From the IMG/VR virus record IMGVR_UViG_2974671799_000001, positions 1-64,000 of that record: a DNA stretch of 64,000 nt; one strand, given 5' to 3'. The position numbers and the translations under genes are program-made. Positions 1-10,600 of the stretch are shown here, piece after piece (position 1 is the stretch's first letter; every line of letters starts with the position of its first letter). The DNA is from a virus (Duplodnaviria > Caudoviricetes). The notes under the pieces were generated by a model, which searched no databases, had not been told where the DNA came from, and saw nothing but the letters and a program-made list of their open reading frames with translations.

Positions 1-40
1 AAATTTTCATTTTATTTTCAGCTTGTATGTTGATTTTATT

Positions 41-445
41 TTATCTTCTATTGTTTTGTACAGTTTTCTTGTTATTCACAAAACGTTTTCTTATCCGTTC
101 CAAAGATTCATTTGTCAAATCATCTATGAATTGTTGACCAAAATCATCAATAATTTTCTTATTAACGACACTATCTATATACTTTCTGATACGTTCTCTA
201 ATCTTATATGGTGAAACATCTTCGCCAAAATAAAACCTCTTAGAATCGCTATAATTATGATTTTGGAACTCAAACTTAAACTCGATTAGAATACTTCTAG
301 AATTTACCTCTATTTTAGTAAAGTGAGCTTCTGTTTTAAGTTTAAATTTTTGAATCTTGCATGGTAACGACTTATCGTTTGTTTTAAGGTAAACATCTTG
401 TTTATCCCTTTTTAACGTTGTGTAAATAAAATCTGTATATCTCAA
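41..445 (-). CDS. hypothetical protein
   Basis: ORF in the minus-strand gene run; no motif recognised; TTG start uncertain. Confidence 0.6.
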   Translation of the reverse strand: MRYTDFIYTTLKRDKQDVYLKTNDKSLPCKIQKFKLKTEAHFTKIEVNSRSILIEFKFEFQNHNYSDSKRFYFGEDVSPYKIRERIRKYIDSVVNKKIIDDFGQQFIDDLTNESLERIRKRFVNNKKTVQNNRR

Positions 446-458
446 TAGTTATTATGTT

Positions 459-1865
459 TTAAAATGGTTGTTTTAACTTTAATTTATGGAATCCATCAGA
501 GAAAGCCTTTGCAGACATTTCAGATGTACTAGATGGTAAATTTAATACAGAATTACTTCTAATAACCCTCTCTAATACTATGAATAGATTCACAATAAGC
601 AATAATTCACTTTTACTAAGGTCTGATTTATAGTCACTAAATACATTATTCATATATTCTAAACGTACCTTAAAGAAGTTGATATCATCATCTGTTAGTT
701 TTTGTGCAAACCAACTATACGTCAAGTAATCAGAAATATCATATTTTACATCAGGTATATTCCCGTCACTTAAATACATTGTGAACCACTCCCAAACTTT
801 ATAATCCCTGTCACTCATGAAATCCTTTCTAGATGATAATTGGGTGTTGTATTGTTCAGTTATTGAATTAAATTGAACACCTAGAGTTTCTAAATTCCAA
901 TATGGTATAAAATCTCTATCAGAAATCTCAATTATTTTATTTGCTAAAGTGATATCTAATGAAAGTATATCATTTAACTTAAATCCTTTATCAAACTCTT
1001 TATTCCAATTAATAGCACTATCTAAATTTTGCATATAAAATTCGGTATCAATCTTTTCGAATGTTACAGTATAGTTTGTGATATTATTATCAGATAAAAA
1101 TGTTTCTAAATCTGATTGAGAGTATAAATCTTCAACATCATCTTTAATACCCTCATAAGCAGGTATAAATGTTCCATTAATCCATAAACCAATCATGTTT
1201 TGATAAACATCTTCTGTAGGCACAACAACTGGTGCAGTATCTAAAATAGAAGGTTTTTCAATAATCCTAAAATATGTAAACTTTGTATGGTCTGTTCCAC
1301 CTGCATCAATATTTCGAAACACTTTAAGATATTTATCAGAACCATTATAAAGTTGGTCTAATTCAATTGCTGAAAAATCTGATGAATTTTCCAAAAATAC
1401 AGCATCACCTTCTTGAACATCCCATGTATCTATTACATCAGAACTTGGTTTCGCTAAAGTGCCAACATACAATGAACTAATTAAAGGGCTTATATGAGTA
1501 GGTTCACTAACAATAGCACATTCACCAACAGAGTTTGACGCGCTATTCAAAATAGGTTTACCAACTGAGTAATCCAATGACTCAATCTCATAAACATACG
1601 TTTGTATATCACCACTTTCTGCTGTTACAACTATTGAACCACTTGTTGAATCTGTTGGAATACCTTCTACTTTTGATGTACTAACAACATCAAAAACAAC
1701 ATCATTAATATCTTCGAAACTATAAAGTCCTATAACAATAACATCTGTTGATAAATCAATGAATGATTTGATTCCATTATGTTGTGTATAAGCATTATAA
1801 ATCTTTGTATCAATATTTAATGGTGCTTGTGAAATCTCTTTTTGTTGTTTTATTTTAACTAACAT
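459..1865 (-). CDS. hypothetical protein, possibly virion-associated
   Basis: 468-aa acidic, beta-rich ORF; TATAAATA on the minus strand at 1881-1888 just upstream. Confidence 0.6.
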   Translation of the reverse strand: MLVKIKQQKEISQAPLNIDTKIYNAYTQHNGIKSFIDLSTDVIVIGLYSFEDINDVVFDVVSTSKVEGIPTDSTSGSIVVTAESGDIQTYVYEIESLDYSVGKPILNSASNSVGECAIVSEPTHISPLISSLYVGTLAKPSSDVIDTWDVQEGDAVFLENSSDFSAIELDQLYNGSDKYLKVFRNIDAGGTDHTKFTYFRIIEKPSILDTAPVVVPTEDVYQNMIGLWINGTFIPAYEGIKDDVEDLYSQSDLETFLSDNNITNYTVTFEKIDTEFYMQNLDSAINWNKEFDKGFKLNDILSLDITLANKIIEISDRDFIPYWNLETLGVQFNSITEQYNTQLSSRKDFMSDRDYKVWEWFTMYLSDGNIPDVKYDISDYLTYSWFAQKLTDDDINFFKVRLEYMNNVFSDYKSDLSKSELLLIVNLFIVLERVIRSNSVLNLPSSTSEMSAKAFSDGFHKLKLKQPF

Positions 1866-2373
1866 ATTTATAAACGTTTTTATTTATATATCCTTGTAGC
1901 ATACAAATTATATTCAAAATACCTAATGACAATGATTTTTTATCACTAGATGATAAAGTCCATGATTTCCTGAAAATTAGCAAAATTAATAAATACAAAA
2001 CACCTATTGATTTACTATATAGGAACATAAGGTTAATAATAAAAAACTGTGCTAATAACGGTGCTATAGAGACTAAATATCTACCAATATTATTATGAAT
2101 AGGACTCTTTAAATAAAAGTGATGTGATGCAAATGCGTGATATCCATATAAATCAAATTCTCTTTTATTTGGATTATATACAACTCTAACTATATGATTC
2201 CATGTAATTATATAATCTCCGAAAATAGCATAAGCCATTAAAGCGTGTGCATTCTCATGAATAAAAACAAATGGTAATGATATAAAATTTTCAAGAATCC
2301 ACAACCTCAAACTATTTGAAGTTGTAGGATTCTTGAAAATACTATAAACTCTTAAAAGTTGATATTTATTCAT
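1855..2373 (-). CDS. putative membrane zinc metalloprotease (M50/zincin-like)
   Basis: HExxH motif (FIHENAH) in a hydrophobic segment, followed by SIAP and S-S-D motifs typical of small membrane zincins. Confidence 0.55.
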   Translation of the reverse strand: MNKYQLLRVYSIFKNPTTSNSLRLWILENFISLPFVFIHENAHALMAYAIFGDYIITWNHIVRVVYNPNKREFDLYGYHAFASHHFYLKSPIHNNIGRYLVSIAPLLAQFFIINLMFLYSKSIGVLYLLILLIFRKSWTLSSSDKKSLSLGILNIICMLQGYINKNVYKYVS

Positions 2374-3116
2374 TATTTAGAATATCTTTTGAAAACATAT
2401 CCACAACCTTCCGTATCTTCTTTCTTAAATGTCTCAACTATTTTCATTGAACCGTTTAAAATAGTTTCTTTACGACCTTTATTCGCGGTATCTACTTTTT
2501 GTTGTCTTTCATTTTCTTTATCAGAAACATCAGTTCCAAAAGTTTCAATACGATGTTTGTAGAAACCATCAACTGTTGATTCAATATTTGATAAAACATT
2601 ACCGTTTGATTTTCTATCAGATACACACAATTCTAATGTATCATAGATATAACGACTTTTAATACCTAAGAATCTATCTTGTGTATCTTGCGAAAGAATG
2701 AAATAAAGAGGTGTTTTACGTCTAATTTCATGGTCAATGATATAACTTAAAATACTTCTCTTGTTAATGAATGTGATATATCTTGCAACAGTTCTACTTT
2801 GATTTTCGACAACCTCATCTTTAAATGTTGATGGATTATCACAAAGAACAATTGTTGTTTTTTGTGTTGGTGGTAAAAAGTTATTAGAACGGATAAAGTT
2901 TTCATCAACTATAATTTCACATCCATAAGCCATCATACCAACACGTTCAATAAACTCAGGAATATTAAATGGAAATTTAGCACCGTTTTCTGAACATTTT
3001 AAATATTGTGTATTTCCACTATCAGTAATCGACATGAAAATAAAAGGATTCTTTTTAACAGATTTTAATCGTCTAATTATTTTTTCTGTTTCTAGGTTGT
3101 TATTACTGCGCATCAT
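2373..3116 (-). CDS. hypothetical protein
   Basis: 247-aa ORF overlapping both neighbours. Confidence 0.7.
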   Translation of the reverse strand: MMRSNNNLETEKIIRRLKSVKKNPFIFMSITDSGNTQYLKCSENGAKFPFNIPEFIERVGMMAYGCEIIVDENFIRSNNFLPPTQKTTIVLCDNPSTFKDEVVENQSRTVARYITFINKRSILSYIIDHEIRRKTPLYFILSQDTQDRFLGIKSRYIYDTLELCVSDRKSNGNVLSNIESTVDGFYKHRIETFGTDVSDKENERQQKVDTANKGRKETILNGSMKIVETFKKEDTEGCGYVFKRYSK

Positions 3117-3765
3117 AAGTATTAATTATTGTTTTAAATTTACTAATATATTCTCTAAATTGAATTTCACTTTCAAAATCTAATGTTAATGTATAAGATT
3201 CATCATCATTAAAAATTATTTCATAAAATACCTCACTAAAACTGTCTTCACAAACTTTTTGTATGAATTGTTTTAAACTATCCTTTTCGTAATCTGTCAT
3301 ATCTTCTACAATGATATTTACATTACAATTATTCGGATATATCATTTCACTAAGTTGACTCAATACCTCAGAAGCGTTTACATCATTAAGATATGAATCA
3401 CCATCAACAAAATCTCTAAAATAGTCAGGTATTCTAACCAAAAATGCTTTATAAGTATAAACTTGGTGTATGATAAAGAGTGTTAATGTAATCAAAAATG
3501 TAGTATTGATAAGATAAACAAATGCGATTGAAATAACACTCGCGACACCAAATAAAAGTGAACCTATCTTATACATTTTAATTCTTTCTGTAAGCTTTCG
3601 ACCAACTATTAATGAACCATTAAACAAAGATAATATAAAACCAATTGTTCCGAAAATAATTAGATTCAAATTAGTAGTATTACTATCTAATGCATAAAGA
3701 ATTGAATTAAATGATGCAACCATCATTATAATTATTAAAATTGTGTAAATAATATTTTTCTTCAT
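3103..3765 (-). CDS. hypothetical multi-pass membrane protein
   Basis: About 4 hydrophobic segments at the N-terminus; start moved to MKKNII, downstream of the promoter at 3787-3817. Confidence 0.7.
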   Translation of the reverse strand: MKKNIIYTILIIIMMVASFNSILYALDSNTTNLNLIIFGTIGFILSLFNGSLIVGRKLTERIKMYKIGSLLFGVASVISIAFVYLINTTFLITLTLFIIHQVYTYKAFLVRIPDYFRDFVDGDSYLNDVNASEVLSQLSEMIYPNNCNVNIIVEDMTDYEKDSLKQFIQKVCEDSFSEVFYEIIFNDDESYTLTLDFESEIQFREYISKFKTIINTYDAQ

Positions 3766-3786
3766 ATAAATGAGTTTTTGTTTTGA

Positions 3787-3835
3787 CAAAGCTAATGAAA
3801 AAATCCGATTCAACAAAATTTTGAATCGGATTTTT
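3787..3835 (-). promoter_or_regulatory. Bacteroidota-type promoter overlapping a terminator hairpin
   Basis: Minus strand TTTG(3814-3817)-N19-TAGCTTTG(3787-3794); 15-bp stem 3799-3813/3821-3835 lies just after the ligase stop. Confidence 0.75.
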
Positions 3836-3856
3836 GGAATAATTATAAACAATAAT

Positions 3857-5761
3857 CTAGAATTGGTCGTATGATTTAATATCAATTCCCATACTAGTAG
3901 CCTTTTTCATCTTAGAACTTGTACCCTCTAAGTTATCTGTAACCAACAACGTAGCATCTTTAATGTTCTTTACAACGGTATAGTTATCAGGTAATGTCTT
4001 TTGGAACTCTGCCTTTGTAGCAAATCCAAAATTCTTTGGTGAACCAGTCATGATATACTTAACCTCTTCACCACCACTTGTAATTTGTTTTTTCTCACGA
4101 GCAGGTAAAATAACCAATGATGTATCTACACCTTCTTCACTATACTTTTCATAGATGTTCATGATTTTCTCTTTAAGCTCACCTTCTGTACATGATTTAA
4201 CTGTTTCTTTATGTTTTCTAGAAAAATCATAATCAACATCATACTTTTCTGAATCTACACCAATAACCTCTTTTGCTAAATACTTTGCAACTTGTTCACT
4301 TGTACCATCACCACAATTAGGAATAGCCATTGCATGAATAGCTTTATCCAAATCCATAGTTTTCTTTTCATTAACCCTTTGAACAAATTTTTCTGCTGTT
4401 TTCTTACCTAACCCAAGTTCAATAAGACCATCTTTACAAGTAATATGTCTAATGAAAATATTAAAAGGGTCATAATTATAATAAGAAGCTACTTTTCTAT
4501 AGAATGCATCACCGAAATCTTTTAATTCAAATTTCATTGCACCATAAACAAAACGCTCTAATTTAACAGCATCAGCATCATTTGTATAAAGGTGACAACC
4601 TTCAATAAATGAATCTTCGGGTAAATTCCAATCAGTTAATTCACTTCTTTCAATAGTTTCTTGTAAATAAGGAATAATATCACCTGCGATATCTACACGA
4701 ACTTTAGCACCTTTATTAATACCGTTTGTCGTTACAAAACCATGATTGAAACCGTGTGTTTTTGTAATCATTCTACCATCAATTTCAACTGGTTCTAACA
4801 TGATTACTGGTACATATTCACCTGCTTTCTTTAAATTCCAAACAACATCTTTAACAATTGTTTCAGCACCTTTTGGTGGGAACTTAATAGAAATTGAATG
4901 ATAAGGGTATTTTTTACCATCAGTATCATTTACATCAACATTATCAACACAAGATAAAACTAAACCATCATTCGGAACATCTAAGCCTTCACGCATTCTT
5001 AGCATTGATTCATAAATACCTGTGAATTTTTCTATATCTAATAGGTCTTCATATGCAAGTAAGTGTGTTGTTAAACTCATATCTGTTTCTTTTAAAACTG
5101 GGATATGAACACCTGCTAAGAATTTACCATTCTGAACACCATTTAATGGAACTAATCTAAGGTCATATTTTCTTTTATCCATGATATCTTCATCATTTAA
5201 AATACCACCTGCTAAGTTTCTTGGGTGTGAATACTCTTCTGAATACTTTTCATTGAAAACAGACCATAACATTACACACTCATAACGAACCTCTGTGATA
5301 TCACTAGGAATTACTTCGGGAATTAAATGTCTTACCTTATCTGTAACATCACGACCCTCAAAATAATTACCACGAGTAACTGCCTTTGTAAATTCTCCGT
5401 TTTCGAACATTGCATTAATTGCTACTCCATCCGATTTGAAATCCATAGCTAAAGTTTGCCCACTTTTGAATGCTTTTGATTTATTTAAGAATGTAATGAT
5501 TTTATCTAAAAATGTTTGGTTGAAATCACCTTTTATATTCACTTTTTTAAGTGATGGCATTAAAGTTTTATGCTTTGTTGTTTCACCATACTGTGCATTT
5601 TTTAATGTTTTGGTATCAATACCTCTTGATTCCATTTCTTTTTCTAATGCATCAAATTCAGGGTCGGTCATAATTGGTTCACCGATATGATAATACTGAA
5701 TGTTTGCATTTTCATGAAGCGCGATAAGTGCTTCATTTGACATTGATTTGAATTTTTCCAT
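3857..5761 (-). CDS. ligA: NAD-dependent DNA ligase
   Basis: Ia domain YY..GEP.MTD.EFD, motif I KSDG, TRG, PRNLAGG, DGLV, OB fold, HhH repeats, C-terminal BRCT (TG...SSKMKKA..MGI). Confidence 0.95.
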   Translation of the reverse strand: MEKFKSMSNEALIALHENANIQYYHIGEPIMTDPEFDALEKEMESRGIDTKTLKNAQYGETTKHKTLMPSLKKVNIKGDFNQTFLDKIITFLNKSKAFKSGQTLAMDFKSDGVAINAMFENGEFTKAVTRGNYFEGRDVTDKVRHLIPEVIPSDITEVRYECVMLWSVFNEKYSEEYSHPRNLAGGILNDEDIMDKRKYDLRLVPLNGVQNGKFLAGVHIPVLKETDMSLTTHLLAYEDLLDIEKFTGIYESMLRMREGLDVPNDGLVLSCVDNVDVNDTDGKKYPYHSISIKFPPKGAETIVKDVVWNLKKAGEYVPVIMLEPVEIDGRMITKTHGFNHGFVTTNGINKGAKVRVDIAGDIIPYLQETIERSELTDWNLPEDSFIEGCHLYTNDADAVKLERFVYGAMKFELKDFGDAFYRKVASYYNYDPFNIFIRHITCKDGLIELGLGKKTAEKFVQRVNEKKTMDLDKAIHAMAIPNCGDGTSEQVAKYLAKEVIGVDSEKYDVDYDFSRKHKETVKSCTEGELKEKIMNIYEKYSEEGVDTSLVILPAREKKQITSGGEEVKYIMTGSPKNFGFATKAEFQKTLPDNYTVVKNIKDATLLVTDNLEGTSSKMKKATSMGIDIKSYDQF

Positions 5762-6023
5762 TTATATTTGTTTGTTAAAAGTTTTTGATATTTTACTAAT
5801 TGAATCATACTCGACAAATACAATCTCTCCATTAATATTGTCTAAGTTATTTTTTTTCTTTAAAATCATCAGTTACATTAATGACTTTAATTACATCATC
5901 ACCAAATTTAATAGGTTCAATGATTAAGACATCATCATCAGAAACATATTTAATGGCTTTAGTCAACCCTACATGATGTTTTTTACTTTCGGAAGCAGTT
6001 TGTTGTGATAAAAAACCACTCAT
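5762..6023 (-). pseudogene. small ORF split by a frameshift in an A8 run
   Basis: MSGFLSQQ... stops at GAA AAA AAA TAA; removing one A extends the frame to a TAA directly abutting the ligA start. Confidence 0.5.
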
Positions 6024-6248
6024 TTAATCCAACTTTTTAACTTGGGCTTTTGGTATTACACCACCTAACATTGTGATTTCTACTTCATCACCCTCATTTA
6101 ACCCACTTGGATATTCAGAAATGTAACTAACATTTGCCACAGTTCTTTCATCTACTTGAACTTGTACCTTTTCTACTTGAAGGATTTTCTTACCTTTCTT
6201 TTTAGGGTGAGGTACTTCACCGATTACTTTTGTTGTTACTTTATTCAT
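6024..6248 (-). CDS. hypothetical protein
   Basis: 74-aa ORF downstream of the promoter at 6269-6300. Confidence 0.7.
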   Translation of the reverse strand: MNKVTTKVIGEVPHPKKKGKKILQVEKVQVQVDERTVANVSYISEYPSGLNEGDEVEITMLGGVIPKAQVKKLD

Positions 6249-6268
6249 AATTTAATATTTTGTTTACA

Positions 6269-6316
6269 CAAAAGTATAGAAAAAAATCCATTTCACCAAA
6301 TGTGAAATGGATTTTT
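6269..6316 (-). promoter_or_regulatory. Bacteroidota-type promoter overlapping a terminator hairpin
   Basis: TTTG(6297-6300, hairpin loop)-N20-TACTTTTG(6269-6276); 15-bp perfect stem. Confidence 0.8.
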
Positions 6317-6591
6317 TACTTAATATCCAATATTTTTAATATAAGGTCTTTCTTAGAATATTCTCTTATAATCCTATGTGGTAAATAATTAGGAATTTCT
6401 ATAACATCACCTTTATTTATCTTAAAAGGTAATTCATTATCATATTGGAAATACCACCCATCACAACAATCTAAAACCTTAACTATCCTATCATATTCGT
6501 CTGTATGCCAATTAAATAGATATTTAGGACAATTTCGATAAACTATTCTAATTATGTATTTACCAACGATTTCTTGTGTGAAAGCTACCAT
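6316..6591 (-). CDS. small cupin-fold protein
   Basis: WHTD..DR and GDVIEIP...PHR cupin-like His motifs. Confidence 0.6.
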   Translation of the reverse strand: MVAFTQEIVGKYIIRIVYRNCPKYLFNWHTDEYDRIVKVLDCCDGWYFQYDNELPFKINKGDVIEIPNYLPHRIIREYSKKDLILKILDIK

Positions 6592-7178
6592 TTTGCTTTA
6601 CCACCTGATAATTTAAGAACATCACCAAATAACTCAGGTGCTTTACAAGCCCACCATTTAGGTGTATTTCTATCAGAAACTGTTGAACATTTATGTCTTG
6701 CATAGAATGATTTTGAACGCTCTTTATCATCATTTTTAACCATAGTTCTACCATTATCATCATTAAGACCCCAACGAATTATTTTAACAATTGGTAATCC
6801 ATTTTCATGTTTTCGTTCTGTCGGTCTATAAACTTTAAATGATTTTTCTTTTGGTTTTGTTGAATTTCTTGAAGGTAAGTCCATTTTAACCTTTTTATAG
6901 TTACCATCACCAACAGATAACATACCATCATCACCAGTTCTTAGATTTTCCATAATATAAACACATGATTCTGAAACTGGTATGTAAGTTCCGTTGTTAT
7001 AAGATTCTCTAATAAAAGATACAAATTCTGTAAAAGAATCCGAATCTAATCTAAGAAATGATTGTGTAATTTCAATACCTTCTTTTATATGAGTTTCTAT
7101 AATTTGTTTATAACTATAATCTGATTCTTTTAAGTTTTCTAAAATAATTTTCTCGTTTAAGTATTTTGATACCTCCAT
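6585..7178 (-). CDS. conserved phage protein with SFxARHxC...WxC motif
   Basis: C-terminal RSKSFYARHKC...PKWWAC motif recalled from many large phages; TATAAATA at 7197-7204 upstream. Confidence 0.65.
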   Translation of the reverse strand: MEVSKYLNEKIILENLKESDYSYKQIIETHIKEGIEITQSFLRLDSDSFTEFVSFIRESYNNGTYIPVSESCVYIMENLRTGDDGMLSVGDGNYKKVKMDLPSRNSTKPKEKSFKVYRPTERKHENGLPIVKIIRWGLNDDNGRTMVKNDDKERSKSFYARHKCSTVSDRNTPKWWACKAPELFGDVLKLSGGKAKW

Positions 7179-7195
7179 AATTCTTTTATTTTATT

Positions 7196-7585
7196 TTATT
7201 TATACATATCATCATTATAAAACGATAATTTATAGTTGTTATCTAACTCTTTAGGTTCTAAAAATCCAATTTCATTATATAACCGTTCGGATTCATCATG
7301 TATAAAGTTATTTTCCATAGCACCTAAATAACTTAATTGTGATGTCAACTGGTCTGATAAACCATCAATATTTGAAAGGTATTTTTGACATATGTTAATA
7401 ACACAATCCAAATCAACTACGTACCTATCCATAAATTCAGGATTCATGATTATTTCATAATAACAACTATATTCCATAACCTTATCGAATAGTTCAATAA
7501 GTCTATCAGAAAGTTCATAACTGATTGATTTTATACTTTTTGGGTTTCTTTTTATTTGTCTTATAAGTAATTCTAATTTTGTCAT
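7196..7585 (-). CDS. hypothetical protein
   Basis: 129-aa ORF. Confidence 0.7.
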   Translation of the reverse strand: MTKLELLIRQIKRNPKSIKSISYELSDRLIELFDKVMEYSCYYEIIMNPEFMDRYVVDLDCVINICQKYLSNIDGLSDQLTSQLSYLGAMENNFIHDESERLYNEIGFLEPKELDNNYKLSFYNDDMYK

Positions 7586-7634
7586 ATTTTATTTTGTAAA
7601 GTTAGTGAAAAGAAATGACTTATTTAAGTCATTT

Positions 7635-10600
7635 CTAAATTATATCATATTGGAAGTCAGAGAAACTACCACTTTTATTATTTGAAATAGTTTTACTCAT
7701 ATCTTCACCTTTACGGTTTGTTACTTCATCTAAATCAATTTCATCTTCATTATATTCTTTATTAGTGTATGTATCACCCATTAGAAATTTTTCCAACTCT
7801 TCATTTCCTAGGAAACCGTTACTATTATCTTTTTTAATAGGTGGTATCATTCTTCTTGTTAATTTAAAATCCTCACTACCTTTAACTTTTCGCATTTCGA
7901 AAAGTGTTTTTAAAGTTTCTTTAGCATTTTCGTATATCTCAGTTATTTTCTTATTTGATTGGAATGATAATCCATCACCAAGTTTAGAAATAAAGCTATT
8001 ACCATAATTATTGATTTTATTAATAATACCTGAAACAGCAAATTCATTAAATATAAAATTATGCTCATCAATATATTGAATATCATTCATACCATCATTT
8101 AAAAACTCTTCTACTATTTTGAAAATATCATAGTTAGCAACCAGTAATTTATCATCATAAATAAGTCTCTTCAAGAAACCAAATAGTGCCATATCTCTTT
8201 TTGTTTCGGCTTTTTTAACTTTACCATTACTTGAAATACGCTTTTTAAGGAACTCACTAGCAACTTCGGGTGTATATACCCTTAATAACTTTTTCATCCT
8301 TGTATAAGCCTCTTTAAACTGTTTTTCGTATAAAGATGAGTATTTTATTTCATAGTCAAAACCTAATGGATTTTCCTTACCTTTTTTCAATGGGATAATA
8401 TCTATTCTAAATTCTCGTTCATCATATAATTGATAATCAATTTTAGAATCTAATATTTTATCCTTATTTTCTACACAAAAATCAATTACATCTTCATATG
8501 CTTTTGTTCTTTTTAACTCAGTTTCTTTTGATGATTCTTTAGAAATAATTCCTAATCTTTTTGTTACATCTTCATCATCCAAAACGGTGAAATTATATCC
8601 TACCGTGTAATTATAGTATGTTTGTAACATATATTTTGTATAACAGGCACTTGTCGCTATTTGTTCAAAGTCTTTAGCAAAAGATTTAATTAAAAAAGAT
8701 TCCTCATTAAACTCAACACCTTCGGCTGTATTTATATGATATGCTTCATTATGTGTTAAAACCTCTTGTAGTTTATATCTAGCTTTTTCATCATTTCTAG
8801 AAATGTTTCTATTAGCTGTAGCTACTCTTTTATCATCTGATATTTCTTTTTGATAATTATTCTTATCTCTTAAAGAAATCTCATTAGGTGTTGAAAAAAT
8901 CTTTGGTTTAATCTCAACAACACCACTTGAATTTTCTTCTAAAGCACAATAGAAAATAGAACATTCAATAAAAGCTCTTCGAATACGATTATTATACTGC
9001 TCAATATCTTGTGCTGTTGTTTCATCACCATTAATAAATACTTCAAATTTTCTTTCGTTTATGATATCAACACCAACACCTAAATAACGTGTACAGAAAA
9101 TCAATTTAATTTTCTCAGGAACTAACGACTTATCATTAATCATTTTACACATTTCGTCATTATTAGTTTTCTTAGAATAATATCCCCAGTTTTCATCAGT
9201 AAACTCTGTCTTAGTTAAATACTTCAATTGCTCTACCAACGCATTAATATAAGTATCGCCATTATTCGTAGGAACTAATAAAGTCTTTCCCTCATCCAAG
9301 CTTTGAGCCATTTTAATAGCCATAGTTTCCTTTAATGATTTTGATGTCTCACATAAATAAAAATTAGCGTGTTTACCGTATTTATGGTCTGAATTAATTT
9401 TTATGTAATTCAATCTATCTTTACTAGAAAAATATAACAACTCACCAGTAATTGTACCAGTCATTAAAACAACCTTAGTTTTATTAGCATTTTCTAATTT
9501 GTTTAATAAAGGTTCATTATCTATAAAATAATTACTATTATAAAGTGTATTTGAATCAAAATCCAAATCCCTCTTTAATACCTCATCAATCACAAATCTA
9601 TCAACACCACGAACTAAAGCAGATGATGTTTTACCACGGAATCCTTCTGTAAATAATAAATGAGATTCATCAATTGCGATAATATCAAACTTCTTATAAT
9701 CTTCCTCAGTTAAAGTGTTAAATGTATCAAATGTTGTTGCTACAGATTTATTACCCAACTTACTAAAATCAATCTTTTTACCACCATAAAATGTATCAAA
9801 ATATTGACTCGCATCAATATCACCTTCAACCTTATTCTTTAATACAGATTGATAAGGACAAACTAAACAAATACGATACTTTTTAGCCAATTTATTAAAT
9901 AATGTTGTCTTACCAGTACCAGGCGCGGCTTCTATAACATTTATCTTGCTATATGTCAGAGAATCAACTATTTGATTACCAATTTGACCCAAATAAGGGG
10001 TTGCTTTTGGTAACCTAAATGAGTAGTGTGGAATTATTTCTTTTAGTGATACTGTCGAATTTTTAAGACCTTCAATTGAAGCACCCATTTTAGAGTTTTT
10101 AATCTCTTCTATTTTTGAATCATCCAATTCAATCTTAAAACCTGCTTTATTCAAAAATGGTAGAACATTATTAAAAACAGTTGGTTTTTTAACAGCATAA
10201 TTCCATTTACCGTGAAATTCTTTTTCATCACCCCATGTATCTTTACCGTAAACATCAACTTTTAAATAGTGTCTTACTAACTTTCTAGTGTTTTCAGAAC
10301 CATCATATAATGCAACAATAGTACGCATTGCTTTATGTCTAATGAAATCTCTTTGACCCTTATCGATATTAGCATAATCTATAGGTTTTATTTCACTTAT
10401 ACTCGGTAAATTACCAACTTTGAAATCATATTTAACAACATTATCTACACGCTCAACTTTAAATGTATGTTGACTAGAATTTTTACGTCTTCTACTCCTA
10501 GCATCATCTAATGTTTCATTACCTAAAGCCTTCATACTAACAGATGTTAGCATACGTTTAAGGTTGTTTGGTTCTAGAATCCATTCATCTAATTCCATAC

